Assembly (NCBI GenBank): GCA_943356465.1
Contig: CALREX010000004.1
Location: 112,448-176,447, forward strand
Source: Candidatus Peribacteria bacterium
GTDB lineage: Bacteria; Patescibacteriota; Gracilibacteria; UBA1369; LOWO2-01-FULL-3
Length of the DNA stretch: 64,000 nucleotides
Direction: 5' to 3'
Shown here: positions 19,195 to 31,300 of the stretch, piece after piece
Layout of the letters: every line of letters begins with the position of its first letter
How positions within the stretch are numbered: the stretch's first letter is position 1
Position numbers and translations under genes: made by a program
Notes under the pieces: model-generated
Told to the model about the DNA's origin: nothing
Seen by the model: only the letters and a program-made list of their open reading frames with translations
Databases searched by the model: none

Positions 19195-21074
19195 ACGTTA
19201 TTGGTTTTTTCTAATAAATCTTTATAATTTGCGAATGTTTGACTCATGAAATTCAATTCTTTTATAAGTGTTTGTGCATAAAGTGCTGTATTCGTAGCCG
19301 GTTCAGAAGTTTCTATATTGCTAAGTTCTTTTTTCGCCGCTGCAGTAGATATCGCCAATTCTTTTTGTACATCACTGAAAATCTTATCCTGTGTGCTGGC
19401 GGCGGGAGCATTTTCTATCTGAAATTTTGTAACACTATCTACTTTTAAAGAACTGAACAAAAGAGGTTGATACCTGTCTATAAATTTTTTCCAACTTTCA
19501 AAAATATTTTTTCCCAAGATTATGTCACCGCCTGAAGGCGTTGGAATAGGGGCTTTTATAACTACAAATTTCATATCAAAAAGAGATCCCATGGCATTTT
19601 TACATTTTGCACTTTCAAGCATATTTCCTGTGGATTTATTTGGAATGAGAGAATGATCCAAAGTTTTCTTCAATATATCATTTATTTTTTTGACTTCACA
19701 AAGTACACAACTCTTACCTGGATAGTAGGTGGACAAAGTCTTTTTGATTAGCTTTATAGTGACACAAACAGATGCTTTAGCGGAAAAAGCTTTTGATGCA
19801 AATCCTACTCCTGCACCTGTCAAAGTGCTTGAAGAGTTATTTAGCAGGGAATTACCGACATCTCCAAGACTTGTAAATCCTGCATCTCCAAAAGTAGTGC
19901 CAAGACCTCCATAAGAGTCACCACCATCTGCAACATTCGGATCTTCCGGACACCAAGCATCAGCCCATTTATCTTTTGGAGCGGGTGATAGCGTTTCTTG
20001 CGTAGTATTTTGTGTAGGAACATTTAGATCTTTTGACTTCTCTCCAGGCGTACCTGCACCTTCGTTTCCATCACCTAACGATTTATCTTCACTTCCAGAT
20101 GGATTACCATTTGCATTGCCTGAGTCGACAGGATTCCCGGATGCCTGATCGGGAGCCTTGTTTGAAACTTCTTTTTCAAAATCATCCAAAGCGGAAGAAA
20201 TGTCATCTTTAACAGCACATAAATCTTTTTTTAGAACATCAACAGTTATCTTTTTATCACCAATAGGCGTAGTCGCAGTACCTGCTACTCCGACTGAGTC
20301 AGTCTTCTGTCCATCTGTGCCTCCACCTCCGGCATTTCCAATACCTCCTGTTCCACCATTCCCAGTTGAACCTCCACTACCATTAGCATTTTTATCCTTA
20401 AGATCTATTTTATAACCGGAAACAAAATCAGGGCCACCGGAAACATAATTTTCATTTTTATAATCATCTGCAGTAGGCAAATAAGGAGATTTCAAACCAT
20501 CAACATAAGGCTTACCTATAGTGTTTTGCACAACATCAATAAACAAAACTTCTTCAATTTTAGAAAGATCATAAATCAAATCAAATCCTGAATCGGAAAG
20601 ATCATTATTTGAAAAAATTTCACTTGGACGAATCGAAGCATCAACTTCTTGTTGCAGGTCATAAGATTCTTTCAAAATATCATAAGATTCTTTTACATTT
20701 TGCATTACAGCAAGAGCTCTCTCCTGAGTCATGCTTGGAGATTTATTGTAAGAGGTGTTAAGAATAGGCAGGATACTACCACCAACAACACTCTTGGCCT
20801 CCATTGTCGTAAGACCGTATTTTTTTGCTACATCCGTCAAAGCATTTTTTCCCGGAACTACAAAACGTTTTACATAAATCAAATTATACAAATCCTTTCC
20901 TTTTGATGAAGGTCCAAAAACATCTTTCCAGTCAAAGAAATTTCCAAAAGCTGTAATCTCATTCCACCAATTCAGTTCACCATAGGCAATATTTACCTGA
21001 TAAATCTTTAGACCTATCATTGAGATTATTAGTCCGGAAGCAATTCCTATAATGATTGGTAATATTTTTTTCAT
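19158..21074 (-). CDS. membrane-anchored hypothetical protein (638 aa) with Gly/Asn/Ser low-complexity linker
   Basis: N-terminal TM (ILPIIIGIASGLIISMIGL), a G-rich tract (GSGGSTGNGGTGGIGNAGGGG), a Cys-containing C-terminal domain, and a Cys 11 residues from the end. 2-nt gap to the upstream gene. Confidence 0.75.
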   Translation of the reverse strand: MKKILPIIIGIASGLIISMIGLKIYQVNIAYGELNWWNEITAFGNFFDWKDVFGPSSKGKDLYNLIYVKRFVVPGKNALTDVAKKYGLTTMEAKSVVGGSILPILNTSYNKSPSMTQERALAVMQNVKESYDILKESYDLQQEVDASIRPSEIFSNNDLSDSGFDLIYDLSKIEEVLFIDVVQNTIGKPYVDGLKSPYLPTADDYKNENYVSGGPDFVSGYKIDLKDKNANGSGGSTGNGGTGGIGNAGGGGTDGQKTDSVGVAGTATTPIGDKKITVDVLKKDLCAVKDDISSALDDFEKEVSNKAPDQASGNPVDSGNANGNPSGSEDKSLGDGNEGAGTPGEKSKDLNVPTQNTTQETLSPAPKDKWADAWCPEDPNVADGGDSYGGLGTTFGDAGFTSLGDVGNSLLNNSSSTLTGAGVGFASKAFSAKASVCVTIKLIKKTLSTYYPGKSCVLCEVKKINDILKKTLDHSLIPNKSTGNMLESAKCKNAMGSLFDMKFVVIKAPIPTPSGGDIILGKNIFESWKKFIDRYQPLLFSSLKVDSVTKFQIENAPAASTQDKIFSDVQKELAISTAAAKKELSNIETSEPATNTALYAQTLIKELNFMSQTFANYKDLLEKTNNVCQEWGQKPDIQ

Positions 21075-21076
21075 GT

Positions 21077-21748
21077 TTATTTACATTCTGCCGAAGTGGC
21101 ATCAATAAATTTTCCTGGGAATCTTAGTATTTGATTTTTTACTTTTGCCAAAGCGATCTTATATTTGACCATGCCATTTAAAATGCTCACGTACTTTTTA
21201 TGAGCCGGATAAGCTATTCGAAATTCATCATAAGCGGATATTGTTGCTTCCATTACAGTCCTGGCTTGTGTGTACTCTTTGTCAATCATCTCATCACGAG
21301 CGGTTTTTTGATCCAAAAGATTTTCGGCGGTAGGATTACTTGGAAGATTTTCAGTAGGCAAAAATCCTTTCATTTGATTTAACGTATCAACATAAGCAAG
21401 ATAAATATCCATCGCTTGCATTGAAATACAGTAAGTACTTACATTTTTTTCCCCGCATTTTTCAACATAATTCGATGAGGTAACATCCTTAGGAGGATTA
21501 AAATCGGGGTTTTTATAAAAATCCTCACCTCCATCAGTCATATCAGTTAGCATGGCAAGTTTATCATTGAAATACTCATTCATGGATTCATGATATTTGG
21601 CTTGCACAAAGAAAAAACTGGCAGTAGGAACTTTGAAGTCATAATAACCTTTTTTCCCTGTTTCAGCATAAATTGCATAACCTCCACTTATTAAAAATGT
21701 AGTTATTAGTGCTGAAACAAAACTGATTATTATATTTCTAAATTTCAT
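21077..21748 (-). CDS. secreted/anchored hypothetical protein (223 aa)
   Basis: N-terminal hydrophobic leader and a helical body. Internal Cys pair (EKCGEKNVSTYC). Ends in SAECK. 3-nt gap to the upstream gene. Confidence 0.7.
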   Translation of the reverse strand: MKFRNIIISFVSALITTFLISGGYAIYAETGKKGYYDFKVPTASFFFVQAKYHESMNEYFNDKLAMLTDMTDGGEDFYKNPDFNPPKDVTSSNYVEKCGEKNVSTYCISMQAMDIYLAYVDTLNQMKGFLPTENLPSNPTAENLLDQKTARDEMIDKEYTQARTVMEATISAYDEFRIAYPAHKKYVSILNGMVKYKIALAKVKNQILRFPGKFIDATSAECK

Positions 21749-21751
21749 TTT

Positions 21752-22345
21752 TTAATTTGTAACACATTTGTTTAAGAAACCGGGCGATTTATTTTTAAAT
21801 GTAGAGAAAAATCCATACATTTGTGAAATTTCAGAATTCAAGTCTTGAAGCCTGTTGTCGATAGCTTTATATTTTTCAATAAGCATTGTGGCTTTTTTTT
21901 GTGCACTATTACTCCTTACATAATCCATAAGTTTTTGCTTCGCCAGAGAAATATATGTGTCAGCAATTTCACGACATATTACATAATTTGTATATTCTTC
22001 ACTTTGTAAGTTTCCAAGAACATTTGAATTCAAGGTAACCATTCCAAAAACTAAATTAATTCTTCTTTTATATGCCATGTATTTTGCTATAGATGTGTTT
22101 AAAAGTGTTGTGTCAGAGCTTTTATTTTGAAAATTTGTTTCAAGAAATTTCAAAAATTCCAAAGTATCTATATCGTAAAGAGGAGTAAGCCTTTGCCTGC
22201 ATTCACTTAACGGAGCTGATTTCAGGGAAGTTTCAAGATTTTTTTTCATACCTGTAAGTTCAGGAGGAAAATCTTCAGCAAAAGAAATAGCGGATATTAA
22301 AATGCTTATAGTTAAAGCCAAAATGAGGAGTGAGGATTTTTTCAT
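21752..22345 (-). CDS. secreted hypothetical protein (197 aa)
   Basis: Clear signal peptide (LLILALTISILISAISFA). Helical body. Ends in NKCVTN. 4-nt gap after the giant gene stop. Confidence 0.7.
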   Translation of the reverse strand: MKKSSLLILALTISILISAISFAEDFPPELTGMKKNLETSLKSAPLSECRQRLTPLYDIDTLEFLKFLETNFQNKSSDTTLLNTSIAKYMAYKRRINLVFGMVTLNSNVLGNLQSEEYTNYVICREIADTYISLAKQKLMDYVRSNSAQKKATMLIEKYKAIDNRLQDLNSEISQMYGFFSTFKNKSPGFLNKCVTN

Positions 22346-22349
22346 AATT

Positions 22350-25300
22350 TTATTTTACAACATCAATTGAATTACTCTTAGAGAAAATATAATTATCATC
22401 TTTATTAGAGATAATTGTGAAAAATCTATCTGTCGGTAAAATCATACTGCTGTTTGAAATAGTAGATTTACAAGGGCAGGTATTGCATTCTCCAGGCACT
22501 ACATATATACCCGGAACAGATTCTTTCTTGGTAAATTCAGTCGTAACTTGTGATTTATCATCGCTTGGATCAAATATGTCAGTGCCATTTTTTAGCTCAG
22601 TTGCATCATCCGTGCCGCCGCCATCAGTATCTTTTGCTATCGGTTTATTTTCAAAACAGTTATAAACATCAAGAACTCTGCCGGCAAGAATAAACAAATC
22701 TCCACGTGTCATAGCCTTTTCAGGTGTCTTTGCCTCATCGGTGGTAACAATGAAATTGTTTTTTATAGCTTTATTCTGAGACAGGTATTTAGTAAGATTC
22801 TGTGCTGCTTGCATGAAATTTACATACCAAGGAATACCAATTCGAACTTTATCAACATTGATTACATTTTCCATTTGAAGAGCACCAAGAATAATTTTCA
22901 CAGCTTCAGCCAAATTTATTGTATTTTCAGGTTTGAAAGGATGTAAATTCTTCGCGTCACTTTCTCCACGATATCCATCTATAAGAGCCCTCAACGCCGC
23001 TTCTTTAATATATGGATAGAACCAATCCAGAGGCTGTTTGTATTGAATATCTGAGAATCCACCATGTGCTTCGTCAGCAGAATAAGGCTTGTATGCTTCA
23101 GGTCTTGGTTCTATACAAAGCATTTTCAAAAGAATTTTTACAAACTGACTTCTGTTCACCAAATCATCAGGTTTAAGATAAACACCATTCTCGGATTTTA
23201 TACCGTCTATAATATCTTTTTCATAAAGATCATTCGCTATTTTCTTTAGATCCGAAGATAAATTACCAAAATCCGCGAATGGAGAAACAAATGCATTAGC
23301 AGATTTTTCAAGTGTATTAGCATTTGAAGTCTTGGCAAAGGGAACATCTTTTGCTCCAACAATTTTTGCAGTAATAGTATTGTTTACATGTACTTCAGCC
23401 ACAACTTTTTCATCAACAATAAGATTCATAACAAGTGGATCTTTTGTGTAATCATTGGTTTTTTTCATTGCCTTAAGCCTATTATCCAGCACTGTGATAT
23501 TTCCGGAAGGTTCGATTGCGGCAAAAAGAATGTTATTTTTGCTGTCAACGATAGTTGCTCCACCTGGATTAAATTTATTATCAACAGGCAAAATTTTCAC
23601 ATCAATTCCATCGTTAGGATTCAAATCAATAACATTTGTTCCATATAAATTTGAAGAATTTATGTCAGTATTGGCATCTCCGACAATATAAACTGTGGCT
23701 TCAGTGTATCCATTTTTATCAATGATTGTTAGGCTTGTAGAAGCCATATTTGATTTATTTGCAGTGTTTATCTTTACTTCGTATCCGTCAGCAAGCTCAC
23801 CTATACTTCCGGTTTTTGGATTTATTTTTGCAATAATTTTCCCATTTTCATCTTCAATCAAAATCATGTCATCCAAAGAAAAATCTTTAATATTATAGGA
23901 TCCATCATCATCAGTTTTATATTTTCCATCTTTATCAGCAGAAGATGTTTTGATTTTTTCAAGTTTAGGAACAAGAGTAAGATTGCCATCCACAGATCTA
24001 TATACATAACGTTCTCTCATAAGACTGAAAGGAAACTTTGCCAAAGATGGATCAACTTTTCCCGAGGCTATAGGTGTTCTTTCCAGAGGTTTATCCAAAG
24101 AGATTTTTGGAGCAAAAACATTTATTGTTATCTTTTCAGATGACGAATTTCCTGAAGCATCAACAACATTTAAAATAGCATAATGCATACCGATATCCCC
24201 TTCATTTACAAAAGGTCCGATATTGAATTTTGGGTTACTCTTGTCATTTGTTGGATTGCCGTCACCGTCTTCATCGATAGATAGATTTACATCACTCCAT
24301 ATTAATTTCGGAAACTGAGTGACATTTTTCTTGTCACTTTCAAAAGGCAGCATCTCGATCGAATATTCTGTAACTTTCCCATTTGCATCAAAAGAATTCT
24401 CTGCATCAAGAACAAAACTTTGAAATATAGGGACATTGAAAGTCGTTTGAGATATCGCAGGCAAAGGTGGTTCTTTATCGGAACATAAAGGTGCCTCATA
24501 CATCGGATAGTAAGAGATGAAGTTCACTCCATTTTTCAAAATATAATCCGAAACAGCACTATTTGAAGATGAAACATATATGTCACCTTTCTTTGATTTA
24601 GGTGTTTCTTTATAATTTAATTTTAGATAAACCTCTCCTCCCATCGATAAAACAATATCTTTGTCGCTGTCGCCATCGCTATCAATGAAAAGAGTATTCA
24701 CAAAACTGCCAAGCTCCGAAGTATAATTCAAAACACTTTCATTTTTTCCATCAGCTACTATATAAAATCCTTTTGGCGCACCGCCGGAATCTGCAGACAC
24801 AGGATCGATTTTTGAGGCATCACTTGGCTCCAAAGCTATCATCTTTTCTTTCGTTTCATCAGTGAAAAGAGAACCTTTTATCTGTTGCTTATGGTCTACA
24901 GATAAATCTATTTTTTGTAAGGTATTATCAACAAATAGATTTTTTTTGCTTTCATCCTCAGCAATAAACTTCATAAATTCATCGTAGTTGTTTATCTTCG
25001 ACAAGACATCATTATTTGATTGATTCAAATCGTTTGCATAAGCCAACATGCTGTTTCTTATGGCATACATTTTTTCCATTTCAGGATAATCTGTAAATGA
25101 ATCAATATTTAAATCTTTTATATCTGAAAGTTTCTTATTAAAAATAGGATTATCTTTTTTCAAAACAGATTCTGTCGCAGTTAGATAAAATTTCTCAGGA
25201 TAATTTTTATCCAAATCTGCAGAAGAGACATATTTATTAATTTCATCACTGAAAATTTTAAGTTCATTATTAAGTTGAACAAAAACTTCAGGAATGGCCG

Positions 25301-28300
25301 TCTGTTTTTTAACAGCATCTTTAACGTCATCAAGAGCTTTCTTTGTAGTATCTTCAACACCGGAAACACCTTTTTTTACAGCTTCTTTGGCTTTTTCCGC
25401 CGCTGCCTCAGTAAGTTTCTTAACAAGATTATTTACAAATGTCTGGAATGGCAAACCTGTAAATTTATTAATTCCATCAACTATTTTCTTTGTTTGTTCA
25501 TTCATTTTATCAGCTCCAAGTTTTGCTATGTAGTAAATAAAACTTGTATCAATTCCAAAATTCAATTTTGCTTCTACTTTTATTTGATCTACATAATCAT
25601 ATTGAATAGCAGGCATTTGAAGTGAAAATTGCTTAAGAATAGGCAAGATGGATTGTGCAGACGGTTGAGTCAAAGTCTCTATCTCTGTAGCAAGACTTGT
25701 CTCAAGAATTGGAACAAGTCCTTTTTTCAAAAGACATAGAATCTTTATAACTTTTTTAAGACTTGCAACTATTTTTAATGTTGCATCAGGTAATTTTGGA
25801 ATTTTTGGAGGACGTGGTAGGTCAGGCAAATTCGGAAATGCAAGATTTGGAAGATCAGGAATATTTGGCATAACAAATTCAGGAAAATTTTTGATCCAGT
25901 CGGGAATATCAAATTTTGTATCTCCAAAAATTTTCGAAATATCAAGAGTGTAATCATCAGGAATAACCTCAGGAAGCGTTATTGTAGGAAGATTTGGTAA
26001 ATTTATAGACTCAGGTTTAAACACAATATCAGGCCATACGATATGTACACCTGTTTTTATTTGAGAAACATCAAAAACAATATCAGGCCATTTTGGCAGA
26101 GGAATTACAGGAGGATCCGGAATATTTACAAACAAGCTAAGCAAAAGACCAAGCTTACTAAATCTATCGCTTTTATTACACTCATTACAAGATTTTTCAT
26201 AATCTATTGATAGATCAAATATAGCATGCCAGTTTTTGAATGTTTTTATGGCATCCGCAATAGCCTTAGTCCATGATGCGGCTATTTTATTTTGACGTTT
26301 GATATATCCACCCATAAATTGCATTACGCTGTCCATATAACAAATAATCTGTGTCGCATACTTTGTTTCAAGACTTCTAAGTTTTAAAATCTCAGATGGC
26401 AATTTCGCAATTTTATCCAATTTATCCATCAAAGTCTTGATGGAAGTAACGTAGCTTTTTAAATTTACAGTTACTTTATCGCAAAGAGTTTTTCTATAAT
26501 TATTTTCATCACACTTCCAATACTGAGTGACTCTGTCGATTTCCTTGCCTTCAAAATCAACCCACAAAGAAGCCTGTCTCTTCCATTTTTCAATTTCAGC
26601 CTGTGTTAGGGCAGGAACTTTTATAAGTATTTCTTTTCCTTCAATTTGAATAAAAGGAATTGAATTTACAGCTCGTAGGAAATCATTTACGCTTTTTATC
26701 TTTTTAAAATTTTTACCTGCTGCAGCAAATTTTGCACCTAATTGCCCAAAATCAGGAATTATCAAATATATATCGGGGAAATCAAGAAGTTTATTGTAAA
26801 TTTCATCAGCCTCTTTATCCAGCCAGTTGGTAATAACACTAGGGAATCCAGGGATTCTTACATTTACTTTGCTTGCAGCAGAAATAGGCAATGTATCGCT
26901 TGAATAACTGTTCCCCATGGAGATAGCATCAGTACCTGTTGAAGCGTCTCCATTCGAAGTAACGGTTGAAGTGCCGATATCTGGATCGACAAATACATTT
27001 TTAGCTTTTGCAACAGCATCATTTATATCTTGAAGAAAATTCGGACATCCACCAAGCAAACTTGGAGGTATAGAAGTTGCATAACACATTCCGGCAGCAC
27101 CGGTAGGTCCTACACAAACAGCTGTTCCAAGTCCCATAGTTAAAGTAGGGGATATATACAAACGAACAGAAGAAACAGAATTTGAAGGAAGAAAAAATGC
27201 AAAATAAGGAGGATTTGGTGTTCCAAAAGAGATCACTGGATATCCCGGAGTTGCGCCACTTGGAGCCAAAAACGCATAATTATAAGGAATTGGCAAACAT
27301 CCTCCTCCGCTACACTTGAAATTGCTAAATGTCTGAGCTGCATTATAAACACTGTCCCCCATGCTCTTAAAATCAAGCTGTTTAATGGTCTGCCAAAGAT
27401 CCGGACAACCATTATTATCCTTGTCTGCAGAATTTGATTGAACCATTCCAGTCAAAGAATTTTTTATGGAATTTGGTATACCGCTTGTACCTATTGTCTT
27501 TATCAAATCTTTTGGAGATGGAAGTCCATTCTTTTTAAATTCTTTGTCATACTCATCTCCCAGCCCTTTTCCAGAGCTTTTTATAACTTTTTTCTCATAA
27601 TTCACATACTGATCTCCTATACCTTTAGAGTACAAATAAATAATATCGCCATTTGGATTTATACTCGGACGTACACGAATATCAGGATATTTGTCTTTTT
27701 CATATCCGCCAAAATCATATCCAATATCAAAATTTATAGAAGGGATTAAATCTACTGTGGATGTGTATTTTATTGTCCTCTTGCCATTTGCAGGGACAGA
27801 AATATTTTTTATTAACTTGGATCTCAGGCTCATTCCAGAATCTATCCACTCAAGTTTGTCAGTACAATTGGTGTCTGCACATTTAAGGCTGTCCTGTTGA
27901 AGAGTCATTGTCAAAGGAGTCAAATCTGAAACCATTACTCCATTTAGATTTGATCCTGATTTATTTTCAAGAGTGATTGTAAATTCTATCTTATCTCCTG
28001 AAGCAACAGTATTTCCATTCACATCCAAAGCTGTTTTTGTGGAAGAAGTAAACTCCGGAATCTTCGAGATAGGCTTGAATTTATATTGTTTATTGTCTTT
28101 TTTAAATTCATCGTTATCAAGAGCGCCAAATTCTACGAAATCTTGAGTTACTCCGTCAGGATTTGGAGATAGATTTTCCATGCCAGGCAAATAGACAAAA
28201 AGGTTATTCTTCATGTCGGTATCTGCGTTTATTCCATATCCGAAATTGAAAGAATTTCCATAATTTGTTTCTAGCCCTTTACATGATTTTCCGTCATTTT

Positions 28301-31300
28301 TGTTATAAAATATTCGAACATTTGCTGAAGCATCAGAAGTTACAAGATCATCACATCCATCTTTATTCATGTCATATCCTTTCATTTCATAAATTTTTCC
28401 GTCAATATTCAAATTTAAGGGCTTTCTCTCAAAGGTAGTGGCATTATTCATGTAAAGAGATACACATTTCTCATTTGCTTTACATGGTTCTTTCGGCCCG
28501 ACAACAAGATCATCATAACCGTCATTATTGGAATCTATCTTTGCTATACTATAAATTCCACTAGCTACATTTAAAATATATCCCTTGTCTCTGAATTTTT
28601 TATGTCCGCCTTCGTATTCCAAAAGTCTTACATGCCCATCTTCATAAGCCAATAAAATGTCATCTTTTCCGTCACCATTAAAATCAAAATTTATCATTTT
28701 ATAAACCTCATCTTCACCTTGAAAAAGAGGGGATCCTATATCTTTTGTATAGCCGCTAAACTTGCTGACCAAGTCTGTAAGCCAATTTTTGCCGACTCTA
28801 ACATTTGGATCTCCATAAATAATTCCATATTCAGATCCATAAGGAATACTTGATTCTCCGACAGAATTTCCTGCAGAAAAATAAAGCATATTTTTATTCT
28901 TATACTTGAATCCTGCTCCTGTATTTTCAGAGAAAGGAGTTGTCAAAGTATCTTTATCCAAGAGATAAAGTCCTTTAGGTTCACTTGTGGAAGCACGAGA
29001 AAAGAAAGAGGCAAAATCATATTTTGTATCTCCCGAAAGCAAAGTAAATTTCACTTCTTTTTCGCCTTTGAATTCTATGAGTGCAAAATCCTGTGAATCT
29101 TTTGTTATGACCAAGGAAAATTCATGTGCTTCGAATGTGTCATCTTTAAGAGGAAGTCTTAGTTCAAAAGATTTATCATTTATTGAAATTTTTCCATCAT
29201 TTGAAATTTTTACTTTCGTATCAATTCCTTGAGTCAAATAAAATCCATCGGATTTTTTTTCAAGTTTATAATCGCTGTCATCACTCAACATCGTCGCTTC
29301 TATATTTATATCTTTAGCCATTGCTATGCTTGCCTCAGCCAAAGTTTCTTTCGTATTAATATTTTCAAAAGAAATTTTCTGAGCATTTTGAGAGCTGTCA
29401 CTAACAGGCAAAACATTTGCACTAATATCATCAGACAAAATATCCACTTTTCCATATCCATCTATTGCTACAAGTTTTTTTGTATTGCTTGGTGTTTGAG
29501 TTTCTGCAGAAACTGCCTGTACATAGCCGTTTTGCAAGAATCCTTGTGCGATATTTTTTTCGGTTTCAGGATTTCCAAAGTCTCCTCCAAGTAATGAAAT
29601 ATACAAAGACTTTGCATTGAAGCCTGCCACTTTTTCGTAATTATATTTGTACGAAGTATCTTTTTGTTCTTCTTCTTTTTGCGCCTGTTCTTGCGTTTTT
29701 GGAATGTTCAGAATTATAGAACCAGAAGCAAATCCAGGAACATTCACATAAATTTCAGCATTACCAAAAGCCGTACTATAAGGCTGAAATACAGCCTCAG
29801 GAGCGCTTCCATTTGTCATTTTCACTGGAGCTGAAGGTACAAATTGTCCAAATGTAGAATTCAAAACTTTAAATTCTATAGGCCCACTGTAGCCGGAAAC
29901 AATTTCTCCATTTTTTGTTAATTGAGCCTTTATCGAATATTTATTTGCAGCAAGAGTAAGGCTTAGATTATCAACGATATTTATTATTTTTGCAGTTTCA
30001 GTGCCATTAACTTTTTCAAAATTATCATCAATCAAATAAGCGGAGATAGTAGACGATCCAACTGAATTTTTTGAATAAATATCAAAACTCACAGAACCTT
30101 CAAAAGAAGAAACCTGAATCCCATCTATATTTTGAAATTCATCAACTTTTGGATCTATGGAAATTTTATCATCTGTTTTTATTGTTGCCTTCGCATATGT
30201 ATTTACTTTTTTACCATTTTTATCTTTAAAGATGACATTCATCTTTGTCTTGGACTGGCCATTTGAGACAAGTACTGTGGAATCAGGAACCATTTCTATT
30301 GAAACAGCATCAAGAAATTCTGTGGCATTTCCACCCAAAGCATCAGCAAGTCCTTTATCATCGGGAATACTTTGTTCACCTGCTTTCTTTTCTTCTTTTC
30401 CTCCAATATCCAGAGGGTTTGGATTTATACAAACAGGTTTGAAATTTGGTTTTGAATCAAAGTATTTCAAAAATTTATCAACATCTTTCAAGAAATCTTT
30501 AAGATCAACAAACTCAAAATCACTTTCGCCATCTTTAGATGTAGTTGCATTTGGTGGCTGCGAATTACTTCCTCCTGCACCTGTTTGATCTGTCCCTCCA
30601 GGAAGAGAAGTTTTGCCTATTTCCACTCCGCCGTCGGCTTTTTTTACAAGACCGCCTTTTGAATTGAAATTTGTTTTGAAAGAATCTTTTGCTCCATTTA
30701 AGACCAAATAAGATGCTTCATATCCATTTACACTATCTCCAACATAACCATCTTTGTCAGGATTTAAATATCTAGAAAGAATATAATTATGTTTTTCATC
30801 CATTCCCAGTGCTCTCCACGAAAGTGCATCATAAATTTTTTGAGCCGATGCAGCATTTAAAATGAATCCATCGGGACTATCATCCTTCTCACCGTCAATA
30901 ATAATAGGCGATAAATATTTTGCCATTACTGCGTCATGTATCGCAATCAAGTCCTTATTTCCATCTGCCAAAATCTCAGATCCTGGTATTTTTGCTATTT
31001 GCCATGCTACGGCATCAAGTTTTACTTTTATCTGTGCAACATTTTCTGTATCAAAAACATTTGGATAATAAATTTTTTGAGTATTTCCATTTAATGCTTT
31101 ATCTGCGGGTTGGCTTACAAAAGCCACATAACGAGGATTATCAATAGGTAGATCTAAAGTGCTTTGAGCATTAACTTGGCTTAGGATGGTATAATTCGTA
31201 GGTTCATTGTGTATTACTGCGCTAGACAATTTTTTATCCGTACCATCTTTGTTTTTGTAAGCTGAAACAGAAACATTCAAAGTAATATCGGCTTTATAAT

